A stretch of DNA of 61,269 nucleotides, filler included, from Squatina squatina (lineage: Eukaryota), in assembly GCA_031763465.1 (NCBI GenBank). It is 4 parts of 4 records of this genome, joined end to end, with 100 filler letters (N's around TTAATTAATTAA, not from the genome) between each part and the next. Parts side by side here need not be neighbours in the genome. Positions count along the whole stretch, not along the records: positions 1 to 15,517 come from JARFOE010000234.1; 3 more parts are not named here. One strand, 5' to 3'. The notes under the pieces were generated by a model that was given only the letters and a program-made list of their open reading frames with translations, ran no database searches and was not told the origin of the DNA. Below are positions 1 through 12,485 of the stretch, piece after piece. Position numbers and translations under genes: made by a program. Within the stretch, counting starts at the first letter, position 1, and each line of letters opens with the position of its first letter.

Positions 1-211
1 AGTTATGTGCCTGTACTTACAGGCTTATAGGGAACGATTTCCTCTGTTTGCTACCTATAGGTAAATTATAAATGAATCCCTTGTACTAAGTTTTATGACT
101 TTCCTGCAAATACCAGAGTCTGAGCCCTGAACTTGACCATCAGGATACACTGAAGTTCCTTCTGTACCGTCCACTGAAGGAGCAATTGAACTGGACCACT
201 CTCAATGTTTC

Positions 212-570
212 TTTTATTAATTCCTGGGATGTGGCCATCAAGCCCAGCATTTATTGCCCATCCGTAATTTCCCTTGAGAAGGTGTTGGTGAGTTGCCTTT
301 TTGAACCACTACAATCTGTGTGGTGAAGGTATTTCCATAGTTATGAAGGGAGTTCCAGGATTTTCACCCAGCGACGATGAAGGAACGGTGATCTACCTCC
401 AAGTCAGGATGGTGTGTGACTCGGAGAGGAACTTACAGGTGGTGGTGTTCCCATGCTCCCGCTGCCCTTGTCCTTCTAGGTGGTAGAGGTCGCAGGTTTG
501 GGAGGTGCTGTCGAAGAAGTCTTGGGTGAGTTGCTGCACTGCATCTTGTCGGTGGCACACACTGCAGCCT
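212..570 (-). mobile_element. 3' end of HER1-type elasmobranch LINE (tail shared with HE1 SINE)
   Basis: Reverse complement ends ...GATGGGCAATAAATGCTGGGC...CACATCCCAGGAAT. Closely similar copies at 17557, 20652 and 60903 in this window. Confidence 0.75.
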
Positions 571-3500
571 CAAANNNNNNNNNNCTGCTGTGCGCAATAC
601 ATGGAAGAAAAATCATGGGGTAATTCAAAAATATTGTGGTGCTGCCTTTTCAAATCCCTCGGAATTTATAGTGCTGGGGAATTGATTTTATGATTAGAGA
701 ACCTGCATTTGGGATCAGCAATTAGTCATAGCATCCAAGCACAAAATCTTAGCACAAGTACAGATAAATAAATTATTTGCTTTGTTCCAGAGCTAAGCAA
801 ATACAGTGTCATTACAAATAACGTGAAACTAAATTGATGAAGTAAGTCAGATGATGCACTTTACTGCAATGTGACTAAGAATTAGTACTAGTTTGCTTCA
901 TGGCCTGCATGACCCCACTGTTGTCTTTTGATTAGTAAAGTTTATGGACTGGTATACCTTTTGTGGTTTATATAGTGGAAAGTAAATTCTCTGGGAGGTT
1001 GTCAATGAAAATTTGAAAAAGGTGCAAAAGCCACCATGGCAAGCAAATATTCCCATTCTCCAATCGTTCTTATTAAGTAAACATTGTCGAATGCATGGCA
1101 ATTGAATTAGTATCTGAACAAATGTTCCCTTTGTATAAATATTTTCATGCACAGGATACATTTCCACTAATTTCATGCACGCAGTTTGAAAACGGAAAGA
1201 ACCAAGAATGGCACAGGTGCACAACTCCAGTCATGTTCTCAAATCCTCATTAAAACCTGCTGCAACTCCATGCTAAATAAATTAAAACAATTAAGGCAGA
1301 TGAAACTTAGGCGGAAAATCTGGCATTTGGCGTGAAGCACTGCTTGGAAGTAATGTGATGCTGGTTCAGTTCCCTTAGGTTCACTAAGTGTCAAGCCCAG
1401 CACACTGTAATCTGTGTTTAAACACTGTATAATGCTCTTTGTGTGTACATTATCACTCTGTTGTGTTAGAGCTTCAGCATGTGAGAATTATAGTTCAAGA
1501 TATCGGAAGGAATTAACTGGATTTCCTGTTCAAATGAAGGACAGAAATGCCTTTCAAAATCAGAATTTGCAGGCTTAAATATGCCACTTGAGTAAGTCGG
1601 ATTGACAGNNNNNNNNNNNNNNNNNNNNNNNNNNNNNNNNNNNNNNNNNNNNNNNNNNNNNNNNNNNNNNNNNNNNNNNNNNNNNNNNNNNNNNNNNNNN
1701 NNNNNNNNCTCTGCATTTTATTGAAAAATTAAAGCACATTCTTTCCTGCAGCTTGACTAATATTTTTGCACTCAATTCAGACCTGTTTTAATCAGATCTG
1801 ATTAATATGTATATATTACAATGAAACTGGAGTTGAAAATTGTACAAGGTAAATTGCAATTAATGCAGTCATTACAATCATGTTTTCCACTTACAAATGT
1901 ATACAGAGCAATCTCTGGCACCACAAATGTGCACAAAACAACATTAGCACCTATTCAAAGCAAAAAGGATTACCACCTGCTCAAATGTTGCAAATAATGG
2001 TTCAAAATGTTATGGCTGTTATGGGTGCTGTAAATCTGTCGCTGAATATGAGACTGGTGAACCACAGTAAACTCAGATTGTCCACGATTTACATACCTGG
2101 ATACGTGAGGTCAAATGTAATAACCCACTTGAATTTGTACATGGGCAAAGTGATAGGCTCCTTAAGCAGCTAGGGCAACCAGCCACAAGACTTTCAACAA
2201 CACATTAAAGATTTAAATTGAAAAATAAACCATGCAGAAATTGTTTCCATATGCCAAAATTCTTTTCTTATGGGTTGAACAATCAGCTATTTAACTGGAG
2301 GATGGGTCAAGGAGTTGACTTCGATCAATGATTGTTTTGTGAGAGGCCTCGTTCTTGACTCACTGTGTAACAGATGAAATACAGGCAATGCCAAGGAGCA
2401 GGGACAAGAAGAGGTTATCTTATAATCTGCATTCATCTCTTTGGTTGTGCTGCAAAGAGATTGAAATATATATGCTGGGATTGTTTTTGTAAAGTGAAGT
2501 TCATTCAGTTGAAAGAAACACAGCTCCCTTCAGTTACAAAGACTAGAAGTTGCTTAATTGTACTACGGAATAGTTGCTGAATGCTTTAATCACCAGGGAT
2601 TTACTGCATTTCTCACAATACTCGTTCATGTGTCAGACATTAACTTAAAAGAGGAGATACTCGCTGGTGCAGAGGGGCATTTAGCAGCTGAAATTCATTG
2701 TTTATGGGTGGCCTACTGGTTTCACAGTAGTCGGGGAATAATCCATGGGATTATTGTATTTTAGAATATCATATGTCACCTTGCACACATTTTAAAAACC
2801 ATCTTTATCATATAGAGAAGCCTTTTATGAAATAGGTTTTTGGAAAGTATAAAAGATGAAGCCCAGGTATTTGTGGCAACATTTACTGACTGAGAGGCCA
2901 GTGTAATTGAGATGAATAAGTGAACTTACATGAATAAGTAAGTTGTTTCCAATCTTTCTTAAAACATACAATCCTTTTTCAAGGTGCAACTAAACCTGTA
3001 GGATCAAACTGTCAAAAGTGACATCTTCTTAACTTAAGACATCCCTAGAATAAATCTTGAGTGTTAATTTTCCTTGAAAGATTCAACTTAAATGCACATT
3101 GTATCCTTCTATGGATTAGCAGATATAAAATAGTGATTGATTTGTGTGACCCCTTCCCGTGACCGAGGAAATTCTGTCACCATTACTGCAAAGCCTTGAT
3201 GTGAAAAAGAATGGCAAATATGGAAGTGAAAGTTGGAGTATTTGAGAATGGTGGGCGGGTGCAAGTATAACTCAAAAAGGCTCNNNNNNNNNNNNNNNNN
3301 NNNNNNNNNNNNNNNNNNNNNNNNNNNNNNNNNNNNNNNNNNNNNNNNNNNNNNNNNNNNNNNNNNNNNNNNNNNNNNNNNNNATCTATGCTGCATAATG
3401 TAAAATTTGTACTTTAATATTCTGTTTAGGTCCTCCAATTGATTTTTAAGTGGATATGTAGTTTACCTCATGCTATGGAAAACCCAGCTGGTGCTATTGA

Positions 3501-3894
3501 TTGCGAGTCATTAAATGTTGTGTGGTAACAACTCGGCCAATCACAAAGCACAATGAACCAGTAGGTGAAAAGTTAAAATCAATGGACCCCTTCTGGTCAC
3601 GAAATGACAACTCTACCCCAACTGTAACTGTAGATATTTTTGGAGTTAGCTTTCATTTGTGTCCAACTGAGTAAAGCTACAGGTGCCCGATACTGCATGT
3701 TGTGTGCCACAAGCATTTCCTTTATTGGGATGAGCGAACCAAAACTGTTTAATCTTTTAACCTTTCCAGTTGTATCATAATTGCTTTAGGGTCTCAGGTT
3801 TTGTTTTCTATTGCATTCCCTCGTTCCTTTGGACAGGAATATATCATTAGTTCCATCTCTTGTGTTTCCATGATGGCCACTGATGCTGTTTTTC

Positions 3895-4120
3895 AACAAC
3901 AACAACTTGTATTTACATAGCGCCTTTAATGTAGTAAAATGCCCCAAGGCGCATCACAGGAGCGTTATCAGAAAAAAACTTGACAGTCAGCCACATAAGG
4001 AGAAATAAGGACAGGTGACGAAAAGCTTGGTCAAAGGTGTAGGTCTTAAAGGAGGAAAGAGAGGTAGAGTGGCGGAGAGATTTAGGCAGGGAATTCCAGA
4101 GCTTAGGGCCGAGGCAACAA
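3895..4120 (-). mobile_element. L2-clade LINE 3' fragment
   Basis: Minus translation LGPKLWNSLPKSLR...SSFKTY.FDQAF is a typical L2 ORF2 C-terminus. (TTG)n tail at about 3895-3906. Confidence 0.75.
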
Positions 4121-4327
4121 TTCAATTTCTGCCCCATTCATGGGTAAAAGCTCCCACCTCGTCTGCTCGCTTGTTATCTGGTGCTGGGAAGCAAGACGTT
4201 CTCATCGCATTGGTACAAACAGCTGATGGAACAGTTGTAGATTTGAAGGACCGTTGTTGTCTTGATAAAGACATAACGATACTATGGGCTTGGGGTTTGT
4301 AAACAAAGATATGCAACGATGTGTGAG

Positions 4328-4720
4328 AACATAACAACATAAGAAATAGGAGCAGGAGTAGGCCATTCGGCCCCTCGAGCCTGCTCCGCCATTCAACAAG
4401 ATCATGGCTGATNNNNNNNNNNNNNNNNNNNNNNNNNNNNNNNNNNNNNNNNNNNNNNNNNNNNNNNNNNNNNNNNNNNNNNNNNNNNNNNNNNNNNNNN
4501 NNNNNNNNNNNNTTTTTCAAGAGAAACGAGACCCAGCCTGTTCATCCTTTCCTGTTATGTATACCCTCGCATTTCTGGTATCATCCTTGTAAATCTTCTC
4601 TGCACCCACTCTAGTGCCTCTATATCCTTTTTAGAATAGGACGACCAGAACTGTACACAGTGCTCCCAGTGTGGTCTAGCCAAGTTTCAATAGAAGTCTA
4701 ACATAACTTCACTACTTTTG
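4328..4720 (-). mobile_element. CR1 LINE 3' tail and ORF2 fragment, split by a gap
   Basis: Reverse complement of the CR1 tail (ATCAGCCATGATC...GAATGGCCTACTCCTGCTCCTATTT) at 4328-4412. RT C-terminal region ([16 protein letters not shown]) at 4513-4720. Confidence 0.75.
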
Positions 4721-5845
4721 AATTCCATTACAAATGACTACATGGTGAATTTCAGCATGAACCCCACCTCCCTGGCCTTGCCCGATTCTTCAGCCATTTT
4801 CAGCTTCCCCCTCAAGTATTGGGGTCCATGTGTTACATCTGTTAGCATGGCTGGAAGTGAAAATGTAACAGGGTACAGAACACGACTGAAGGGGTGCAGA
4901 TAACGTCACTACTACGTATACTTCGTCAGAACAGTGAGGACGCACCGGGTTACAAAAGACTCCTACAATAAACAGCTTTATAGAATTATACAATAGTACA
5001 AGTACAGAAGGTGGCCAACCAGCCAGTTGAGTTCACACCAGCTCTCTGCAAGAGCACTTCAACTTGTCCCACTCCCCAGGAAAAAAGTGAAATAAGAGTT
5101 AATTTGAGAATTAAAGGACACAATCCTTCACCTTTTCCAAGTGAATACAAGTGCACCTCATTGTGGACTGACCATAGAGTTATGCACAGCAAATTAATAA
5201 GTTTGACAGTGAAAAATAAACAACCCAGGTAAGTCTTGTGTTATGTTTTAATTTTGCATTGCAGTTGCTGGGAAGGTTCAGGCACAGCAGTCCCGTCAAG
5301 CTCTAAGCTCAAACATTGTATTATTATTTGCCTTCAAGTCAATTATTGCGTTTGACATTGCATATCAGTTGAACCTCTGCGATGTACTGCAGCTTAATTA
5401 TAACAGAACTGTAGTAATTATTGTGGAGAAATTATGCTGTTCTGGCCTAAATGCGTGAAATTAAGTCAATAAACATCCTGAGCACCTCAAGTAGATCAAC
5501 AATTTGAATGAAGGTATGGAATCTTAATGCACGCAGCACCAACAAGAGTAAATGGACTGGCAGTCCTGCTACGTTCGACATTAGACAGTCCCGCATTTAT
5601 TACTGTAGTCAACTCTAGGTAAAGATACAGCTGATCCAGACAAGATTTGGATTTAAACACAGAATCTCGATGCAGCAAACTAGCTCTCCATCACTCCCAC
5701 TGAACAAGCATTGCTGATCAAAGGATAAATACTTTAAGTACAAAATCCCGTCACGCATAAAATATTCAATGATTATCCATTTTGTTATGCTCAAGCACAC
5801 CAAATGTGGTCAGTCCACTGCCAAGCAGTAATGAAAGACAGTGGC

Positions 5846-6022
5846 GGGGTAATTTTAACCGAACATGCCCATCGGGAAACTGACAGGATCGGGTGCAATG
5901 CTGGTTTCACACACTGCTCGATTTCACTCTCCACCAACGTCAATATCGGTCGGGGTGTAAAACTGGCATTCCATCAGATCCCGTGGGTTTCCCGACCGGC
6001 GAATTATGCTTAAAATTAGCAC
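5846..6022. mobile_element. Short palindromic MITE-like element
   Basis: Termini GGGGTAATTTTAA and TTAAAATTAGCACC. Internal arms are imperfectly complementary (GGGAAAC/GTTTCCC, GGATC/GATCC). Confidence 0.5.
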
Positions 6023-6904
6023 CGAGTCTGAAAGCATGTTTTTTGTCTCGAGCTTTAAGTTAAAAAAAGGGCTTCATCTGACATTCAATTAGCTTTTTCT
6101 TCATTCNNNNNNNNNNNNNNNNNNNNNNNNNNNNNNNNNNNNNNNNNNNNNNNNNNNNNNNNNNNNNNNNNNNNNNNNNNNNNNNNNNNNNNNNNNNNNN
6201 NNNNNNAAAAAATGCCCTTTGTGGAAGACATAGCCCTGGCCATTGTGGCAACTGGAAGTACTGCAAAGCAGATTTAGCTTGTTATCTGGCCTTAACACAT
6301 CTGTCAGTGTTAGGAAGTTGGAAAGGCTGCCAGTCATGGTTGTGACAAATGGATGTTACTAATGCCCCAGCACCGTGCTAACTCACCAGGCAGCACAGCT
6401 AGCCACTGTTTAAGAACTTCTTTAGGGATTACATTGAGTTGATTTTACTAAAGAGGCATGAAAATTCCAGCCTTGCCTTATGCATGACTTAATACTTTAA
6501 TCTTCCTGTGCTGTAATGAGAAAATAAAGACTAATGTTAATGAGAACAAAAAGTAACGTTAGCTAGTTCTGTGAATTCTAGGAATAATCTGCTACACATT
6601 ATTGTTTGGCAGGGTAATGTATAGATTGGATTTTCTTTATCACTAATTTCCTCTCTGTCATGTATGCAGAGGCTGTTTACATTGTGACCATTTAATTGGG
6701 TATTTTCTACTTTGGTGAATAACAAACAAAACAAATCATTAATGCAAAACCTTCTTCCCCAATTACACATCACCTGAACAAATCTGTCCATTTAGTGGCA
6801 GAAACATTTTTCCGAGGATACAGCTGCTATGATCCAAACTCAGCATTGGAGGAAAGCTTTTCTTAGTTTAAATGTGTTAGTTTAAATGTTGTAAACTCTG
6901 AAGT

Positions 6905-7252
6905 GAGTAGAGTATCCAGCAAGAGCGGACCTGTGAAGGGAGGAGCAGCGGCCGGCGGGAGCGGAGCACAGGCAAAGTTCAAAACGTGACATCAGGAATA
7001 AAAAGTGACATCGGCACAGGGAAGCAGCTAATTGGTGAGTAGCTGGTGAGTATTTTTACTTTCTAGTCTCCAGTTTACAGTAAATAGTCTGTAAAGTAAG
7101 GTTAAGGCATGGCAGTGCAGCTTGGCCATGTGGAATGTACATCCTGTGCCATGTAGGAGGTCGTGGACGCCTAGACGACCAGATGTGCAGGAAGTGTCAC
7201 CAGCTGCAGCAGCTTGAGCTCCGGGTTTCAGAGCTTGAACGGCGGCTGGAGT
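6905..7252 (+). mobile_element. CR1 LINE 5' UTR and ORF1 start (zinc finger/leucine zipper), degenerate
   Basis: ATGGCAGTGCAG at about 7109 gives ECTSCAM*, then after a frameshift CRKCHQLQQLELRVSELERRLE, the vertebrate CR1 ORF1 N-terminal pattern. GC-rich 5' leader. Truncated by a gap. Confidence 0.7.
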
Positions 7253-8854
7253 NNNNNNNNNNNNNNNNNNNNNNNNNNNNNNNNNNNNNNNNNNNNNNNN
7301 NNNNNNNNNNNNNNNNNNNNNNNNNNNNNNNNNNNNNNNNNNNNNNNNNNNNGGTGAGATCACAATTTCAGGGCCATTATGGCTGATTTTATGCAAGTGC
7401 GCTCCCAGCAGGTGAGCCTCCACACCAGGAGCTCAATTCATAGAATTTGCCTTATTGGGGTAGAAATTGGAACTCACTGTGCTCATTTTACAATTGTAGA
7501 ACAGGAGCCACTTGTCCCAATTTTGGGTCCAATGTGCTGTGCCCCAAGCTTGCCTGAAAATCATCCAACCTGAAATTAGACTGGGCCTTTTTCAGGCCGC
7601 CTAAAAGGGTAGGTCCCTTAAATACATAAATAAGGTGGCTAATGCTTGTTTTAGTTTCTATCATGGAAAATTGTTTGCAATAAGCATTGGGCCTGCCTTG
7701 ATCAGGATTCTTCACTGGCTGCTGCTGCCTAAGCAATGGCTGACAACTAAATATATTTAAAAAACTTTCCTGTGGAGCCAGGAGAAGCAGGAGTGCTCGC
7801 CCGACTCCACAGTTGTCACAATTTACGCCCCACCCCCTTGCCTGCTGCAACCCTTCTCCCGGGACTGAGCTGTGGGCTACTGCCAGCAAAGCCCAACCGG
7901 CCCAACATTCGTGCGCCACAAATGTGCCAGCTGCCTGTGAAAGCATGGCATGCGCCAGCAGTTCACCCATATAATGTTCGTGATGTCTGGGGCCCAATTC
8001 GGGGCTGGCCTTGGGCATCTTGATCAAGGCGCACGCTGCCTGCGTAAGTGAGTCCAGACACATTTCTACCCCATTGTCTCTAAGTACACAGCTATTGACT
8101 GCACTGGCTGAGCAATTATCCATTGCTGTTTTTATGTAGCACCATCTAGGGAGCAGTAAATGTGTCAGCAAGCCGTGACAGAACCCGTAAGTCTCTTGTA
8201 AATAAATGCGAGAAATTTCTACGGGTGGAGGTAAGGGGGGAGGTGGGTGGAGTCGGGAGTGGGGGGGAGTGGTGGGTGTGGGGGGTGACGTGGGTTCTCC
8301 TGATTGGCCACTTTGACAGAGCTTTGGTGCAGATACACAATAGGAGAACTCGGAAGGAAAGTGCCAGCAAAAGTGCTTGAACTATGGTCTCAGTTCTCTG
8401 AATGATTGAAAAGCTGGACAGTTAAAGCAATCGGAATTTTAGTATGGTTGGAGGATTATGGAGTATTCTTTTTGTTGCTTAAAAGCATCAATTAGAGCTG
8501 ATATCCTGATGTCATTCACTCCCTTTCCGTTCCTCTCTAATTTCATCCATTATGAGTTTTCTACTCTTGATTGACTTTCCTCTTTCATAACCTTAAGCTC
8601 TACTAGGCATTCTTGTAGCCTCTCCCTATCGCAAATTCATACAACTACACCCACTTTTTATCATGGTTTAGATTATGTGTGACACAATTTGTCAGCCCAC
8701 ATGGTTGGCTTTGGTGGTGCAGCAGAGAGTTCATCACAGGAGGAATCTGGTCCCAGATAGCGAACAATTGCTGGCATGTTACATCAGGTTCTTTTGAAAG
8801 TACAGAGACTGTTATACATTTGTATTTATGGTCTGTGGAATATCTATGTGTGGC

Positions 8855-9279
8855 TGGAGAGATGGTGCAGGGGGGAGAGCATAAGATTCCTGAGGCATCG
8901 GGACTGTTTGTGGGGCAGGTGGGACTTGTACAAGCCAAACATGTTACACCGCCACAGGACTGGGACCAATATCCTTGCAGGGGGATTTTCTAGTACTATT
9001 GGGGAGGGTTTAAACAAACTTGGCAGGGGGATGGGAACCTGAGAGGCGATTGAGAAGGGAGGGAAACAAAGCTGGTAGTAGAAGGCAGAAAAGTAGTAAG
9101 TGAAATTGGAAGGCAGCGGAAACAAAGGCCAGCAGTAAATAAGGTCAAAAAACGGAATAATGCCAAAAAGGCAAATTTAAGAGCACTTTATCTCAATGCG
9201 TATAGCATTCGCAACAAGGTAAATGAATTGGCGGCACAAATAGAAGTAAATGGATATGATCTAATTGCCATTACGGAGA
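8855..9279 (+). mobile_element. CR1 LINE ORF1 esterase C-terminus and ORF2 endonuclease start
   Basis: WCRGESIRFLRHRDCLWGRWDLYK...GTNILAGGF (SGNH-esterase-type ORF1 end), followed by LRALYLNAYSIRNKVNELAAQIEVNGYDLIAITE (APE endonuclease N-terminus). Confidence 0.85.
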
Positions 9280-9379
9280 NNNNNNNNNNNNNNNNNNNNN
9301 NNNNNNNNNNNNNNNNNNNNNNNNNNNNNNNNNNNNNNNNNNNNNNNNNNNNNNNNNNNNNNNNNNNNNNNNNNNNNNN

Positions 9380-9772
9380 GGATCTCATTGAAACTTATAA
9401 AATTCTGATGGGACTGGACAGACTAGATGCAGGAAGGATGTTCCCGATGGTGGGGAGGTCTAGAACCAGGGGTCACAGCCTCAGGACACGGGGTAATCCA
9501 TTTAGGACTGAGATGAGGAGAAATTTCTTCACTCAGAGAGTGGTGAACCTGTGGAATTTTCTACCACAGAAGGCAGTTGAGGCCAAATCACTAAATATAT
9601 TCAAGAGGGAGTTAGATATAGCTCTTCGGGCTAAAGGGATCAAGCGATACGGGGAGAAAGCAGGAACAGGGTACTGAATTTGGATGATCAGCCATGATCA
9701 TATCGAATGACGGAGCAGGCTTGAAGGGCCGAATGGCCTACTCCTGTTCCTATTTTCTATGTTTCTGTGTTA
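9380..9772 (+). mobile_element. CR1 LINE ORF2 C-terminus and 3' tail
   Basis: DLIETYKILMGLDR...TRGHSL...RRNFFTQRVVNLWNFLP, then the tail GATCAGCCATGATC...CCTATTTTCTATGTTTCT. Confidence 0.9.
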
Positions 9773-11311
9773 TGATAATTATTTCATTGAGCTCATTTCT
9801 AGTAATTTGATGCTATTTCCAAATTGTGATTTCCCCATGGCCTGTAAACAGAGGTATGCAGCCAGGAGGGTATCGCCTTTGGGTTTTGGACAGCCCTGCT
9901 GCCAGGGGTTGGCTCAACTACCAGCTCTGAAGATTGCATGTCCAGAGGATCACACCAGAGATATAATCTGAGAATCCCAACCAGCTCTCTTAGAAAGGAT
10001 GCCAAATTCTCTCATAAAAACTGCTACTGAACTTATGGCGGGATTCTGCTGAATGACCACTGAATGTCGAGGCCAAAGGCTATTCAACCGTGGATGACAC
10101 AATGGTCAAGCCTGATTCTGTTCATACTGGTCGTTTTGGTTTGATTCCACTAAGAATGAAACAAGCACACTTGTAATTATACAAAGGCTGGTGAATGTAT
10201 GGAGTGGACTGCCTCAGGAGGCAGTGGGACTGACTGTATTAGCAAATTCAAGGCAATTGGATAAGTACCTGGCAAAAAAATAGATAAATAGAATTTCAGA
10301 GGTATTGTGGTATACACCATTTTTTGGATATCAAAATGGTCTTTTCCGGATCTGCCGGACTGAAATGCATTTTTCAGTCCTGTGTATTCCAATGTTATCA
10401 CATCAAGTTGATAGAATCCATGCCCAATAATTGGTTAAGTTGTGAATTACTTTCAAATTCCCAGAACTATCATACAGAGTAGTTCCTAATTAGTGATCTC
10501 CATTAGGGATTATAACTGTTATTCTGCACTTACTTGATCAAAATCTTAAAATTATGAACCTATTTACCACAGTGCCCGTCTATTCCATATATAATTCCTT
10601 AAGATGTTGATTCTTATGTCTAAGATAAATTGATTCCCACAGGGCGTTGAGTTAGTACGTGCTTCGTATAAACTATGACCTCCCTTACACCCCCCACCAC
10701 TCCAAGCCCCGACTCAAAATAGGGATTGCTGACGTTGCATCAAGAGTTAGGATTTTGTTTATTTTTACGACTTAATTCAGCTGAACATTTGCTTCCTATA
10801 CTTGCAATCAGTATCTTGGAACAGATTTCTGAAGGGAGGTTGAATTAAGCTTCTTTATGGGAGGCGAGGCATTACATAGAAGGCTGTATCTACCTGAAGG
10901 CCTTCACAAAACCTTTTGACTTCCTGAGCTGTAATTTGAAAAGGAGTCCTGCGGTGGATACCACGGCTTGCAATTCAGTTCCCTTATTGAAATCCTGAGA
11001 CGCTTTCTGAGGAGAAATGCTTCTACATTCTATCAGGAAGCGAAATGTTCCTTGCATTCACCACAAACATCCTGTGATCAGCAACTGTTATTTCCCAGAG
11101 GAGTTACTGGATGTCACTCTGCTTCAGTTCTCTCGCTCAACGCATGGAGTGCAGTCACATTATTAAATAATGAGCTTCACGCTGTCTCTCAGTCAGGGCT
11201 CAGGATCTCTTTATAACTATTCAACAACTTTTCTTCTAATTAATTGCTAAACCATGACATTCCTTGCTCACAGGACAAGCTGATATTTTAGTGCTTTTTT
11301 TTGAGTAAGAA

Positions 11312-11640
11312 AGAAAAAAGTTCCATTTATGTACCACATCATATCCTCTTAAATGTGCTTCACAAATAATTAATTGCTTTGAAGTGCAGTCACTGTTATT
11401 TAGGTGAGCAAAGTAACCATTTTGCACACACCCATGTCTCCACAAACAGTAATGAGATTATAGACCAGTTAATCTTGTTTTGCTGGTGTTGGTTGAGGAA
11501 TGTTGGCCAGGATATCAGAAGAACTTTCTCAGTCAAATAGTGCTGTAGGCTCTTTAATGTCCACTGTAACAGCGAAATGGGACCTTGAGTGAAGTCTTAT
11601 CTGTCGGTCAGCACCTCAGACAGTGCACCATTCTGTCATG
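11312..11640 (-). mobile_element. Degenerate Deu-domain SINE (SacSINE1-like)
   Basis: Reverse-complement similarity to the copy at 25087-25512. Confidence 0.6.
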
Positions 11641-11930
11641 TTGCTTAATACCTGCTCATGTTTGGCTTCTGCATGTGTTACTGACATAACTGCTCTCGCC
11701 CTCTCGCCCTGCCCGGAGCAGTTTGAAGGGGCAGCATTTCTTTCCTTGCTCCTGGAATTGGCTGATCCAAAATTTATTGAAATGCTGCCTTAATAGCAGA
11801 CTGAACTAGTGACTCAATAAAGTCAGACTGCTGATCATATTGTTTGCAAGTTGCTATCAAGTGATTTGGTTTGTGAAGACTTGCTGATTGGATTCACCCC
11901 ACTCAGTCTCTGCAAGTGGGTCATACGCAG

Positions 11931-11998
11931 TGGGGTTGATATTTTTAGGCCATTACAGTCCTGTTTACCCCAGGTGAAGACACTTAAAATCAGCCCCA
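11931..11998. mobile_element. Minimal MITE-like remnant
   Basis: GGGGTTGATATTTTTAG ... CTTAAAATCAGCCCC inverted termini about 68 bp apart. Confidence 0.4.
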
Positions 11999-12129
11999 AT
12001 CAGTGAACATGTGGCAAACTACAAGCTATTATATTTTGAGCCTTTTTTTTTTAGTAGGATGGGGCAAAATTGCCTCTGATTGCATGCCGATGCATACCCT
12101 GATGTTGGCTCATCCCCAATATGCAAGAC

Positions 12130-12234
12130 GAAAGCAAAATACTGCGGGTGCTGGAATCCGAAATAACAACTGAAAATGCTGGAAATACTCAGCAGGTCAG
12201 GAAGCATCTGTGGAGAGAGAAACAGAGTTAACGT
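12130..12234. mobile_element. Penelope-like element terminal repeat fragment
   Basis: GAAAGCAAAATACTGCGGGTGCTGGAATC...CAGCAGGTCAGGAAGCATCTGTGGAGAGAGAAACAGAGTTAACGT then a gap. Second copy at 59122. The family assignment is recalled from shark repeats. Confidence 0.6.
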
Positions 12235-12334
12235 NNNNNNNNNNNNNNNNNNNNNNNNNNNNNNNNNNNNNNNNNNNNNNNNNNNNNNNNNNNNNNNNNN
12301 NNNNNNNNNNNNNNNNNNNNNNNNNNNNNNNNNN

Positions 12335-12485
12335 GACAAGGTAGATGTAGGAAGGATTTTTCCCCTGGCTGGGGGGTGGGGTCTAGAACCAGGGGTCACA
12401 GTCTCAGAATAAGGGGTCAGCCATTTAGGACTGAGATGACCGAAGGGCCGAATGGCTCTACTCCTGCTCCGAGTTTATGTTCTTG
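12335..12485 (+). mobile_element. CR1 3' fragment with internal deletion
   Basis: DKVDVGRIFPL..TRGHSL-like segment joined directly to the CR1 tail GAAGGGCCGAATGG. Confidence 0.7.

Noticed and set aside
7488-8171. Longest ORF in the track (227 aa, minus)
   Set aside because: It overlaps a GC-rich MITE-like repeat, has no recognisable domain and has competing ORFs on the other strand.
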